Sequence record: MZ475893.1
DNA: 64,000 nt
Strand: one strand, 5' to 3'
Part shown: positions 1-9,592 of the stretch, piece after piece
Layout: each line of letters begins with the position of its first letter
How positions within the stretch are numbered: position 1 is the stretch's first letter
Notes under the pieces: model-generated
The model's database searches: none
Told to the model about the DNA's origin: nothing
What the model saw: the letters and a program-made list of their open reading frames with translations, nothing else
Made by a program: the position numbers and the translations under genes

Positions 1-487
1 ACACACGCTTGGTAAGGTCAAACGGTGCGTATGCGAGGTCACTGATTTTAACTACAGGCGATTGCTGCAATTCAGCCTGAGTAGGATTGCGTACACCACC
101 ACCAATAACAAGACCGTTGTACGTCGGATTTAGGGACGCACCAAGCGGCATTGCATCAACGCCTTGCGTGAAGAAGCGATAGTCCAGCGTCTTCTTGCGA
201 GGTACGGTGAAGATACGAGAAGCTGAATGAACCAGCATCCAGTTGTCACCGTCTTTGTAATAGACGACTACAGGCTGGGTTGTTGTCTCATCAACAGTGA
301 TAGTTGCCTTGAGCGATACTGCATACACAGAACCAGTAGGCGTAATGTCCATCTGAGATGTGTTGTCGCTAAACGTACCACCAGCAACACGAAACGTCAG
401 GACGTCGGTATGACCAGAAATCGTTACGCTATCTGACCACGTAACTGGACCGCTGGCCTGCTCGACTACAGGAATCAATTCAGCCAT
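1..487 (-). CDS. Hypothetical protein, probably virion-associated (3' end beyond window)
   Basis: Not in ORF track; ATG at 487 with GAGGA SD; open to the window edge (MAELIPVVEQASGPVTWSDSV...); downstream of tail genes. Confidence 0.7.
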   Translation of the reverse strand, partial: MAELIPVVEQASGPVTWSDSVTISGHTDVLTFRVAGGTFSDNTSQMDITPTGSVYAVSLKATITVDETTTQPVVVYYKDGDNWMLVHSASRIFTVPRKKTLDYRFFTQGVDAMPLGASLNPTYNGLVIGGGVRNPTQAELQQSPVVKISDLAYAPFDLTKRV

Positions 488-512
488 TGCTTTTCCTCAC
501 GATGTAGAAACT

Positions 513-536
513 AAAAAGGGCGGCCGAAGCCACCCT
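513..536 (-). terminator. Rho-independent terminator
   Basis: AGGGTGGC-TTCG-GCCGCCCT followed by TTTT on minus. Confidence 0.8.
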
Positions 537-549
537 GTGAGGAATAGGC

Positions 550-1722
550 TTAGGCGCCTGAAGTTGGAGCTGGGTCTGCCGCTTTGTAGCCACGCAGGAA
601 GAAGACACGCATACCGGTGTTGTTCGGACTGTTAGCAGTCAGAGCTTTATAGGTACGCTTCTTCGGCGTAGTGCCATCGCTTTCCATCTCGTTGTACACC
701 TGCACGTCGAGGTCGGTACCGTTCGATACAACGTCAGCAGACGCGTAACCAACAATGTCCATCTCATACGGGTAGCTGTAGCGCTGCGTGTTGAAGCCTG
801 CAGGCAGACGGAAGTCGAAGTGGTTATCCTCAGAGAATGGAACCATCTGATATGGGTTGATAACCGCAGAACAGTCAGCACTGTGCAGATGCGCAGGAGC
901 TGGAGCAGTCGGCGCATTCACGTCAGACTCACGCACGGTAAAGCGCATGAGCTGGTACGAACCTGGGCTGTACGTTATAGGACGCACTTCGGTGTTGTTA
1001 TCCGCAGCGCCGCCACCGTTAACGGTGAACATACAGAACAGAGGAGCTTTACCATCGACAACCACAGTACCATCGCTGTTGATAGCACGCTGAACAACGA
1101 ACCATGCAGCACGGCAGCCATCAGAGTCATGGCCTTCTGCCTGAATGTGAACAGCGAAGCCGTGCTCAGTCAGAGAGATGTGGTAAGTGAACGGCGTAGC
1201 TTCTGGGTCAGCGAAGATCAGACTGTCTGGGTTAGTCTGAGTTGGCGTGGTAACGTTCTGTGGGAACGCCATAGTGCCGCTGTAGTACACGCTGTTTTGG
1301 TTAGCACCAGCAATACCACGATGCCAGAAGCATACTTCGGTATCACCAGTTGCGCCCTGAGTACCAGTGAAGCGAGCACCAATCTGACCTGAATACTCAG
1401 GCATAGAGTTGGAGGTGGTACCAGTAGTGCCCGTCTTAGACACAGTACCCGTGTCAGAGATCTGAGTAGGCGAAGCAACATAAAGCTGCGTGCGCTTATC
1501 AGTTCCCTTCATGGCCACACGCCATTTCTGCGTAGCAGCCAGCGGGTCAATGGTATCAGTCGCTTCAATTACGAAGGATGACAGGTCGGTAGAAGGCACA
1601 GTGGTTGCTGCCGTACCGTTGAAGCTGATCAGCTTAAAGCCATTAGCCAACAAATCATTCAGAATGTCTTTCCACATCTTCAGGTTGTTGGTGTAGCCTG
1701 ATTTAACAATCAGTTTGTTCAT
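550..1722 (-). CDS. Putative virion structural protein (paralog of 1741-2727)
   Basis: 390 aa, Thr/Gly/Ser-rich; shares C-terminal GYxSADV...YxxxxAN..xNxGMR motifs with the next ORF; tail module context. Confidence 0.6.
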   Translation of the reverse strand: MNKLIVKSGYTNNLKMWKDILNDLLANGFKLISFNGTAATTVPSTDLSSFVIEATDTIDPLAATQKWRVAMKGTDKRTQLYVASPTQISDTGTVSKTGTTGTTSNSMPEYSGQIGARFTGTQGATGDTEVCFWHRGIAGANQNSVYYSGTMAFPQNVTTPTQTNPDSLIFADPEATPFTYHISLTEHGFAVHIQAEGHDSDGCRAAWFVVQRAINSDGTVVVDGKAPLFCMFTVNGGGAADNNTEVRPITYSPGSYQLMRFTVRESDVNAPTAPAPAHLHSADCSAVINPYQMVPFSEDNHFDFRLPAGFNTQRYSYPYEMDIVGYASADVVSNGTDLDVQVYNEMESDGTTPKKRTYKALTANSPNNTGMRVFFLRGYKAADPAPTSGA

Positions 1723-1740
1723 GTTTCAAATCCCCTAAGA

Positions 1741-2727
1741 TTAAGCTGAATCGCCGGCAGCAACAGGAAGCATCAGACGCATACCACGGTTGTCTTTACC
1801 GTTAGCGTTCATACCCTGATACACGGTCTTATCAGCAGCTTTCAGCGGGTTCAGTTGCACCTGAGAGCCAGAAGACAGCACGTCGGCAGAGGTGTAGCCC
1901 AGCATGTCCAGTGTAGCGAAGTACACGTAACGCTGAGTGTTAATCATCTGCGGGAACAGCACGATAGCGCGGTTACCTTCGGCAATCATAACCTGTTGCA
2001 TTGGGTTGATGATTGGGCCGCAGTCAGCGCTTGCCTGTACAGCAGACACAGGAACGGTAGCAGCATAGATGCCGTTCTCGATAACAACGTAGCGCTGAAT
2101 CGATTCAGGCTTCAATGTATCAGGGTCGCCTGCCAGACCACCGCCACATGAGAACACAGCGAACAACGGACTCTGGTCACCAGGCTTAGTGTCGCCTTCC
2201 TGAACGCCGCGCTGAACAACGAACCACGAGAACGCAGTACCGGTGTTGTCGAAGCCTTCTGCATTCACATGCAGTGCTACGCCGTGGTCAGTAACAACCA
2301 GATCGTAGGTCAGTGGGTAAGCGGTAATATCAGCAGCCGCATCCATCTTCCAGTCAGCAATCTGATCGATGAAGAAGCTGGTCAGCAAACCAGACTTAGC
2401 CATACGACCGACCTGAACTGTAGCAGAACGCATAGCAGCAGTGTAGTCTTCGGCATCAACCTGAAGATCAGGCAGGACGTTGACCGACATCTGTTTGTTT
2501 GCGTTATCAGCGGTCAGGATGATGCCCCACTTCTGAGAGGTATACAGCGGGTCTACTGACGCACTAGCCAGCAGATAGAACGACTTGCCGGTAGGGGTGA
2601 CAGTAGTGCCAGCCTTACCATCGACAGCGACCAGGGCAAAGCCTGACGTGATCAATTTAGCAACCAAGTCACGGGTCAGTGCTTCCAGACCGATGAGCTT
2701 AGTCACATTAGTGTGTTGAATTGCCAT
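1741..2727 (-). CDS. Putative virion structural protein (paralog of 550-1722)
   Basis: 328 aa; WFVVQR, PLFxxF, INPxQxV, GYTSADV motifs shared with 550-1722. Confidence 0.6.
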   Translation of the reverse strand: MAIQHTNVTKLIGLEALTRDLVAKLITSGFALVAVDGKAGTTVTPTGKSFYLLASASVDPLYTSQKWGIILTADNANKQMSVNVLPDLQVDAEDYTAAMRSATVQVGRMAKSGLLTSFFIDQIADWKMDAAADITAYPLTYDLVVTDHGVALHVNAEGFDNTGTAFSWFVVQRGVQEGDTKPGDQSPLFAVFSCGGGLAGDPDTLKPESIQRYVVIENGIYAATVPVSAVQASADCGPIINPMQQVMIAEGNRAIVLFPQMINTQRYVYFATLDMLGYTSADVLSSGSQVQLNPLKAADKTVYQGMNANGKDNRGMRLMLPVAAGDSA

Positions 2728-2734
2728 ATGTCAA

Positions 2735-3520
2735 TCACTCCAATACAAGATAGGTGACAGTGAGTTTAGGTTTTGCAGGGGACGTGCCGATATTCTTCAT
2801 CCGCCACGAAACAACGTTGGTGTTATCTCGGTTAGCCAAGAAGCTATAACGACGCAGCTTTTTCAAGACAGGGTTACCGTCAGCATCCTCGTCGTAGAAT
2901 ACGCCATCATCTACCAAGAAATTAGCAGTAGAGCGGAATAAATACGGGTTTCTGTCAGAACGATCAGAGGATTCGAACGCAGACAACTCAATGTCGAAAG
3001 CATTTGTCTCCACGCGTATGAGCATACACGATTTGTTCATCGTCAGGTCGAAGTCAAGTTGTTGGCCAGGCGTGAGGTACGCACCCGCTTCGAACTCAAC
3101 AGTTTTACGCACGCCCTGGTTTTCGTTGCCGCTCATATCAACCCACATCATCGTACCGTTAGCACCAGAGGTGAGGGTCATACCCGCATACTCAGGTTCA
3201 GGCACTTGCTTATTGGGATCGATACCAACAACAGTTAAACCAGTTTCATCTACAGCGGTTACGAACGGAGCATCAAAACGATAGTTCGATCCTCCGAATT
3301 TCGCTTCCTCCCATGTTACGTTGTCTGTACCAAGTTGATACATCTTCTTGGTCTCTGTGACGTAACACAACATCCCAGGCTTTTTATTACCTACAGACAT
3401 TGCGTTACGATCAGCAAGAGTTGGCAGACAGCGCATACCCCCTCGAAGATATTTGTCCTCGAGGAGATATGGGAGAGCTGTAGATGCAGGCACCAAGAAC
3501 GAAGTCATGTTGACCGGCAT
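2735..3520 (-). CDS. Putative tail-fibre-associated structural protein
   Basis: 261 aa; ADRNAM...GMLCYVTETKKMYQL motif resembles a module seen in phage tail fibre proteins; follows the Ig-repeat fibre gene. Confidence 0.5.
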   Translation of the reverse strand: MPVNMTSFLVPASTALPYLLEDKYLRGGMRCLPTLADRNAMSVGNKKPGMLCYVTETKKMYQLGTDNVTWEEAKFGGSNYRFDAPFVTAVDETGLTVVGIDPNKQVPEPEYAGMTLTSGANGTMMWVDMSGNENQGVRKTVEFEAGAYLTPGQQLDFDLTMNKSCMLIRVETNAFDIELSAFESSDRSDRNPYLFRSTANFLVDDGVFYDEDADGNPVLKKLRRYSFLANRDNTNVVSWRMKNIGTSPAKPKLTVTYLVLE

Positions 3521-3532
3521 CTACTTTCTCCT

Positions 3533-6500
3533 TTACGCAGTACCTGAGCCTGGGGTAGAAGAACCATAGGTCAGTTTGAACGTATACGCCAGATTATCAA
3601 ACGGGAAGTCGTTGCGGTAAACAACATAGTCCACGCCGTTAATCTGAACTTCCGCAGGACCTGCAAAGTTGAAGTCGTCAAACTCCAACGCGCCATCCCA
3701 TGAACCAGCAAAGCCCTGTGCAGACTCCACGAAGTAACCGTAACCCAGAGACTTAGGCCACGCAACGTAGAAGAACACGTTGTTGCTACTTGTACTGGTG
3801 TTAGCAGGGCACGTCAGCGTCTGTTGACCGCTAAGCGTCAGCGCATTTTGCAGACCAGAAACGAACTGTGCATCGTAGTTCGTAACAGAGGTCACCTTAG
3901 TGCGATAGCCGAAGCGAGCACCCAGGTCAGCAACCTGCTCTTTCTTCAACGTCACGTCTTTGGTTGCAGTCTTGCTTACACCGTTCTTGGTATAAGTCAG
4001 AGTGATTGTGACAACAGCATCAGCAGTCACTTTGTCAGACTTGAGCAAGCCGCCTACAACGCTCAGGCCAGTAGCAGTACCAGACTTAACAGCAACAGAC
4101 CACACGCTACCGCTATCAGCAGTTACGTCAGGCGTGGTGCCATCAGACATAGTAGCAGTACCAGTGTACTGAGTGTTCACGCCGCCGATGATTGAATCAC
4201 TACCAGTGATAGTAACTGAATCAGGTGTCGCAGGAGCAGGCGTGTTCGTTACAGTCAGGTTCGCAGTTTGCGCTTGGCTGTTATACGAAGCAGTACCAAC
4301 GATGATCGTCTGTTGCGCGGACGTCACAGTGTTACCAACGATCTTGTCCGTGCCGTTAAACGTAAACGCAGTAGAGCTACCGCTTGAACGACTAACAACA
4401 GGAGTCAGGTCAACCGTGCTACCGCCAGAAAGAGTCAGACGCAGGACATAAGTACCGGTCTCACCTTTGTTGACAGCAGTTGGACCCACCAGCTCGCGCT
4501 TAGTGATGGTCTCAGCTTGGTTGATAATCTGAATCGTTTTCTCTGGCGTGTACGCAGTACCATCAACAGTGACGTTAGCAGCACGCAGCGTTGCGGTTTG
4601 GTTCTGGCTGATCGTGTTCGCAGGAACATTAACTTTCGTGCGGCTCGCGGTCGTACCAGACTGCAACTGAGCATACGCAGCACCCTGAGGCAGTGTCCAC
4701 GTTGGGTTAGTAGCGGTGTATTCTACCACAGTGCCGGACAGACGCGTCACACGCACATAGTATTCACCAGCAGTACCGCCCTCAGTGATTGAGTCAGGAC
4801 CTACAATGTCTACAGTGCTTACGGTGTCAGTCGGACCAGTTACAGTGAAGCTAACAGTACCAGTCTTCGTCACGCCGCCAACAGTTGCAGTAACGTTGAT
4901 AGTGAACGTCAGACTTCCGTAGAACCCGTTAAGAGCTTTCGTGGTACGAATGCGCCAGCCAGTTGTTCCGCCAGCAACGATCTCGAAATACTGAGCAGTC
5001 GCAGCAGGCAAGGTGTAGCTGAGTTCCGCACTTGTGCCTTCACGCGTAGAGTTATCGCTGAACGTCAGAGTGCTATGCAGGTCCTTCGCAGTCTGTGCAG
5101 CATCGTTAAATGCATACGCAGGTGTAGGAGCAGCAGGCTGAACCGACAGCAGACTGATAACGACCACGTTCTTGACCAACACGGATTTCTGTGCAGTCAA
5201 GCCACCAGCAGTCGCACGAATCAATGCAGTGCTATCCTGAGTTACTTCGCCAGCAGTCAACACACCCGTTTGAGCGATTGATGCGAACGCGCTACCCTGA
5301 ATAACTGACCACGTAGGTGAGGCCACCTGAACTTCACTTCCATCACTGTAGATTGACCATGCAGTGTATGGGCTGGTGGAGTTCTCGTTCATCTGGTCTG
5401 CGCCACGCACTTCCAGACTAACAACAGTCGGTGGATTACCAACGATTGATACAGGCAGCGTTGCAGTCTTCGTAATACCGTTTTCAGTATACGAGGCGTA
5501 GATGGTCACGCTAGACGTAGCGACAGGAACAGCACCAACAGTCAACGTTGAGTTATCGAATGTAGCGTACTGGTTAGTCGCTTGCAGACGGAACTCATTC
5601 GGGCTAACTGTTTCTGTATGACCATCAGAGTAAGTAGCGAGCACGGTGTAACCCGTCTGCGTCTTCTCTTGCACTGACGATGGACCGATAATCTGAATCT
5701 TCGTCAGGTCAACAACAGGCACCACATTGACGACAGTCAGATTGAGCGTAGCGTTGACCGTGTGAGTACCTTCTTTGTAAGAAGCGGACAGCACGACAGG
5801 AACGTCAGCAGTCACAGTACCAGCAGTAACGGTCTTGTTGACGATGGTCACAATATCCAGACGGTCAGCAGTAAACGTCAGAGGGTCAACGGTACGCGTG
5901 TGGCCATCAGAGTAAGTTGCGAGGAAAGTATAGTTCGCACTTTCGCCGCTGCGAATCGTGTTCGCACCCTGAATTGCCAGAGCAGTAACGAAGATCTCTT
6001 CTGCTTCATGGATGATTGTGATAGGCTTGGTGCCTGTAATCGTCTGCGAGCCTGACGTGTAACTTGCATTCAGCGTAACAGCGCGATCTTGTGCTGTCTC
6101 TTTGCGTGCAGTAACGACATTGGCATCGATAGCGGTGTAGGTAGCAGGAGACGCTGTGAATGAATTGGCAGTTACCATTTCAGTGTCACCGTTCGACCAA
6201 GTTACCTTGAACGTGTACGAGGCAGAAGCCTGCGACGCGATGGTATCTTGTCCGAGAATCTCCAGCTTAGTCATCACCTGCGCCTTGACTGTTACGTCTT
6301 TGGTTGCTGTGAAGTCTACGCCGTTATATGTGTACGTTGCAGTCAGAGTAGAAACGGTATCAGTCGCAACCTTCTGCGCAGTACCCACCAGACCAACAAG
6401 CGACAGCACATCCGTTTTAGATGAGGTGAAGTTGTTAGGCTGGACAGTTGCAACAGCGCCTGACTTATAGCGGGCAGTCACGCTGTAGGTTTCTTTCTGC

Positions 6501-7546
6501 TTATACAGCAGGCTGCTAGAACCAATGATGGCGATAGAGACCAGCTCATCATTTGGGATGAATGCGTTCTTGATCAGCAGGTCATAAGTAGCTGTTACCG
6601 TGTTGCCGTACACAGGGTCAATCTTGGTAGCAGTCACTTTGAGAACTACGTCAGCAGACAAATCAGGAGCGGTAACAGTACCGTCTTCTGAGATAGTCAC
6701 ACCGATAACGTTCTCTTGAATCGTCCACACAACGCCAGTAGGATTGTGCTCGATACGGTCGGACCATTCGGCGTCGATAGCCAGCTTAACGCTAGAGTTA
6801 TCCGACATGTACGAAGCTGAACCAGGCAGGCTGATACGCAGATTCATTAAGTGAGGAGATTCCCACTCAACGTTGTCTGATACAGGCTTAATCCACTTAC
6901 CAATGTACTTGTTCGCATTGGCTGGGTCCTGATCGACGATTGCCAGAACATAACCAGGCTGCGGTTGATTCGAAGAAGCTACCTCAACAAACGCTGAGGA
7001 GTTCAGACGAATCATCGTGCGAGGATAGTCTGGGTGATCGTGGTTGGTCGGATAACGTGGGTCTGACATACGTGGGTCAGAGCCAGATACCGCAATAGGG
7101 TCTTCTGCATCAGCAGGGTCCGTCTTCGTCTGCACACTACCGATACGATTCGTAGTAGCGTGAGGGATTTCGAGATCCCCTTCTTCGATGCCCAGGTCAC
7201 CAGCATTCTCCACAACGCGGCGGAAGAACTGCTTAGAGTTAAACAGCGAAGCGTAGTCAGGAACAGACACCCAAGAACCACGGTGGTTGCCGTCAGACAC
7301 ATGGCTGGTGCGGCGCAGCACATACTGATACTGTGGGCTGCCTGAGTTAGCATCAATCCAAATCAGATTGTATGGCTTCTCAGAGAATGACGGCTCTGTC
7401 AGCGACACTACAACTTGATACACATCGGTCTGATCGTTCGCATTGGGACGAAACAGGAACGTGATTGGGTTGCGTGGAGTCAGGCCGCGAGTACGGGCCA
7501 AAGCGATATACTGCTTGGCGAATCCGTCAATGGTGGTCACACTCAT
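3533..7546 (-). CDS. Ig-like (Big) repeat tail fibre/appendage protein
   Basis: 1337 aa; about 10 repeats of ~95 aa starting (L/V)xxLxIxGxxxI...YTxxATYSDG. Confidence 0.75.
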   Translation of the reverse strand: MSVTTIDGFAKQYIALARTRGLTPRNPITFLFRPNANDQTDVYQVVVSLTEPSFSEKPYNLIWIDANSGSPQYQYVLRRTSHVSDGNHRGSWVSVPDYASLFNSKQFFRRVVENAGDLGIEEGDLEIPHATTNRIGSVQTKTDPADAEDPIAVSGSDPRMSDPRYPTNHDHPDYPRTMIRLNSSAFVEVASSNQPQPGYVLAIVDQDPANANKYIGKWIKPVSDNVEWESPHLMNLRISLPGSASYMSDNSSVKLAIDAEWSDRIEHNPTGVVWTIQENVIGVTISEDGTVTAPDLSADVVLKVTATKIDPVYGNTVTATYDLLIKNAFIPNDELVSIAIIGSSSLLYKQKETYSVTARYKSGAVATVQPNNFTSSKTDVLSLVGLVGTAQKVATDTVSTLTATYTYNGVDFTATKDVTVKAQVMTKLEILGQDTIASQASASYTFKVTWSNGDTEMVTANSFTASPATYTAIDANVVTARKETAQDRAVTLNASYTSGSQTITGTKPITIIHEAEEIFVTALAIQGANTIRSGESANYTFLATYSDGHTRTVDPLTFTADRLDIVTIVNKTVTAGTVTADVPVVLSASYKEGTHTVNATLNLTVVNVVPVVDLTKIQIIGPSSVQEKTQTGYTVLATYSDGHTETVSPNEFRLQATNQYATFDNSTLTVGAVPVATSSVTIYASYTENGITKTATLPVSIVGNPPTVVSLEVRGADQMNENSTSPYTAWSIYSDGSEVQVASPTWSVIQGSAFASIAQTGVLTAGEVTQDSTALIRATAGGLTAQKSVLVKNVVVISLLSVQPAAPTPAYAFNDAAQTAKDLHSTLTFSDNSTREGTSAELSYTLPAATAQYFEIVAGGTTGWRIRTTKALNGFYGSLTFTINVTATVGGVTKTGTVSFTVTGPTDTVSTVDIVGPDSITEGGTAGEYYVRVTRLSGTVVEYTATNPTWTLPQGAAYAQLQSGTTASRTKVNVPANTISQNQTATLRAANVTVDGTAYTPEKTIQIINQAETITKRELVGPTAVNKGETGTYVLRLTLSGGSTVDLTPVVSRSSGSSTAFTFNGTDKIVGNTVTSAQQTIIVGTASYNSQAQTANLTVTNTPAPATPDSVTITGSDSIIGGVNTQYTGTATMSDGTTPDVTADSGSVWSVAVKSGTATGLSVVGGLLKSDKVTADAVVTITLTYTKNGVSKTATKDVTLKKEQVADLGARFGYRTKVTSVTNYDAQFVSGLQNALTLSGQQTLTCPANTSTSSNNVFFYVAWPKSLGYGYFVESAQGFAGSWDGALEFDDFNFAGPAEVQINGVDYVVYRNDFPFDNLAYTFKLTYGSSTPGSGTA

Positions 7547-8175
7547 GCTTTTTTCTCCAGAATATCGGTCGCAAGCAATTGACCATATGAAGCCTTAACT
7601 GTCGAATCAGCAACAAACGTAGAACCATTCTGACCGACGGTAGCATCCATGTTGACTTTATCCTGCACGGTCTTCACTTCGACCAGAGGCTTCTCTGGGT
7701 GCATCTCATCATGAGGCAGAGGTGTACGCTTGTCAGTATTGCGCGGGTCAGAAACAGCAACAAACGTTGGACGACCAACAGAAGCAGGCTCAGTCGTGAG
7801 ACGAGCAATACCATACTCATCCACAGCAGCATTAGGAATATCTGCGCCGCCTTCAAGGTCAGCCGGATCGTAATACTGCGGTGCCCAGAACGAGTTGAAG
7901 TTCTTCACTTCTTCCCACGTGTTCTGATAGCCACCAGACGGCTGCTTGTTCTTACGCGCAATGAACTTGCGGTAGAAGGCGCTGTTAACATCCATGCACA
8001 GCCAGACGACATTCATAGGCAACACAACGCCAACAGGCTCTTGCGATGCAACAATGTGCGTGCAGCTAATGTTGAGTGTTGGGTTAATCTGACGCACGAT
8101 TTGGTCTTTCGTCGTATCGTCAGCGAAACCAGTAACGGCCAACAGAGCAGCGGCCAGATCATTCAGTGTAGTCAT
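7543..8175 (-). CDS. Virion protein, paralog of the fibre N-terminal module
   Basis: Start reassigned to MTTLNDL (GGAG SD); VxPxNxVWL, DPRxxDxRxPxxH...HPEKP motifs shared with 8186-8824 and 3533-7546. Confidence 0.65.
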   Translation of the reverse strand: MTTLNDLAAALLAVTGFADDTTKDQIVRQINPTLNISCTHIVASQEPVGVVLPMNVVWLCMDVNSAFYRKFIARKNKQPSGGYQNTWEEVKNFNSFWAPQYYDPADLEGGADIPNAAVDEYGIARLTTEPASVGRPTFVAVSDPRNTDKRTPLPHDEMHPEKPLVEVKTVQDKVNMDATVGQNGSTFVADSTVKASYGQLLATDILEKKA

Positions 8176-8185
8176 AACCGCTCCA

Positions 8186-8824
8186 TTAGTTGGAAGGTGA
8201 GGCGAGTTCGGACTCACGTACTTTACGCCATTGAAGCGTGTTGTCTTCAAGCACCATAATCTGGTTAACTTGAGGTACGTTCTGGTCCTTAATCGGGACA
8301 AACTCTTCGCCGTAGCTACCGTTGATAGAGATCATGGTGGCAGGCTTCTCGGGGTGCGTGTGATCTTTCGGGTCACGGTTATTCGTCAGTGTTTCATCAC
8401 CTTCGAGGATAACACGAGATTCAGCTTCTGGATAAGACAGATAGCCGACACCACGAGTAAGAGAAGTGGCTAGAGGAGGCAGCGACTGGTTAATGACTTT
8501 GAGATCATCTGGGTCATATTGCTGGTCAGTCATCGCATCTTCATAGAAGTACAGCTGGGTCCATACATCTTTGTACGGATCGATTGGGTCTTTCACTGTA
8601 CGCTTGAAAGCAGTACGGAAAGTGGAAGACTCTGGGTCCAAGTCAATCCAGATACCATTGACAGGCAGGACCACATAACGCGGAATCGCATACGAGCAGT
8701 AGAACAACAGACCTAACTGCGAACCGTCTTTGGGCAGACGAAACATGATTGGGTTTTTGTTCTGCTGGTGGATATTCGTAAGCAACTCAACGTTACTGAT
8801 GAACTGTTCAAGTTTCAGTTCCAT
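8186..8824 (-). CDS. Virion protein, paralog of the fibre N-terminal module
   Basis: 212 aa; LPVNGIWID...RDPKDHTHPEKP. Confidence 0.65.
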   Translation of the reverse strand: MELKLEQFISNVELLTNIHQQNKNPIMFRLPKDGSQLGLLFYCSYAIPRYVVLPVNGIWIDLDPESSTFRTAFKRTVKDPIDPYKDVWTQLYFYEDAMTDQQYDPDDLKVINQSLPPLATSLTRGVGYLSYPEAESRVILEGDETLTNNRDPKDHTHPEKPATMISINGSYGEEFVPIKDQNVPQVNQIMVLEDNTLQWRKVRESELASPSN

Positions 8825-8859
8825 TGTGTTCTCCGTGTAACCATAAGCGGTGATTAAAA

Positions 8860-9546
8860 TTATACAGGGTCGCCGGACTTGTTGCTGGTACTGCCGTATT
8901 TAATACGGAATACATAATCGAGGCTGTCGAATGGGAAGTCGTTACGATAAACGACATAATCATAACCGCCTAAAGATACTTCGGCTGCACCTTCAAAGTT
9001 GAAGTCGTCAAACTCCATTGCACCATCCCACGAGCCTGTAAAGCCTTGCGCTGTCTCTTGGAAGAATCCATACATGAGACGCTTAGGCCAAGCAACATAG
9101 AAGAAGCGTTTGTTGTCAGACGTAGATTCATCCGGAGGGCACGTAATGAGCTGGTCGCCTGTCTCTGTAAGAGTAGCGAGCGTAAGCGATCGGAAGAATG
9201 CGTCATCGTAATCGGTAAGTGACATAACCTTGTCATGAATACCGAAGCGAGGGCCGTACTCACCGCTGAATGGAACGGAGACATGCACTGTGTTTGAGAC
9301 ACGCAGCGGCGTATCTGTGTTGCCATACACCTTAGCAGTCAATCGATGCTCACCTGTATCAAGCGTCAGGTCAGGCGCATCCAGACGAACAGTTCCTGTG
9401 CGTGAATACAGGACTTTACCATTCTGATCTTCGATTGTTGTTTTGGTGACGCCCGTAGTGTTGTCATTAGAAATGGTGGACTGCATAGAGTACGCACGAG
9501 GAAGCGCAATATAATCCATGCTGTTACCAACGGCCAAAATGAACAT
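8860..9546 (-). CDS. Virion protein, paralog of the fibre C-terminal module
   Basis: 228 aa; FFYVAWPK...GSWDGAxEFDDFNF...YVVYRNDFPFD nearly identical to the C-terminus of 3533-7546. Confidence 0.7.
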   Translation of the reverse strand: MFILAVGNSMDYIALPRAYSMQSTISNDNTTGVTKTTIEDQNGKVLYSRTGTVRLDAPDLTLDTGEHRLTAKVYGNTDTPLRVSNTVHVSVPFSGEYGPRFGIHDKVMSLTDYDDAFFRSLTLATLTETGDQLITCPPDESTSDNKRFFYVAWPKRLMYGFFQETAQGFTGSWDGAMEFDDFNFEGAAEVSLGGYDYVVYRNDFPFDSLDYVFRIKYGSTSNKSGDPV

Positions 9547-9562
9547 ATGACCTCACAATACG

Positions 9563-9588
9563 AAAAAGGAGGACCGAAGCCCTCCCTT
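9563..9588 (-). terminator. Rho-independent terminator after sheath gene
   Basis: GGGAGGGC-TTCG-GTCCTCC then TTTTT. Confidence 0.75.
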
Positions 9589-9592
9589 ATGA

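Noticed and set aside
3580-9110. Repeated C-terminal module as a DGR template/variable repeat pair
   Set aside because: Differences are mostly synonymous and not confined to adenines; no reverse transcriptase in the window; both copies are coding
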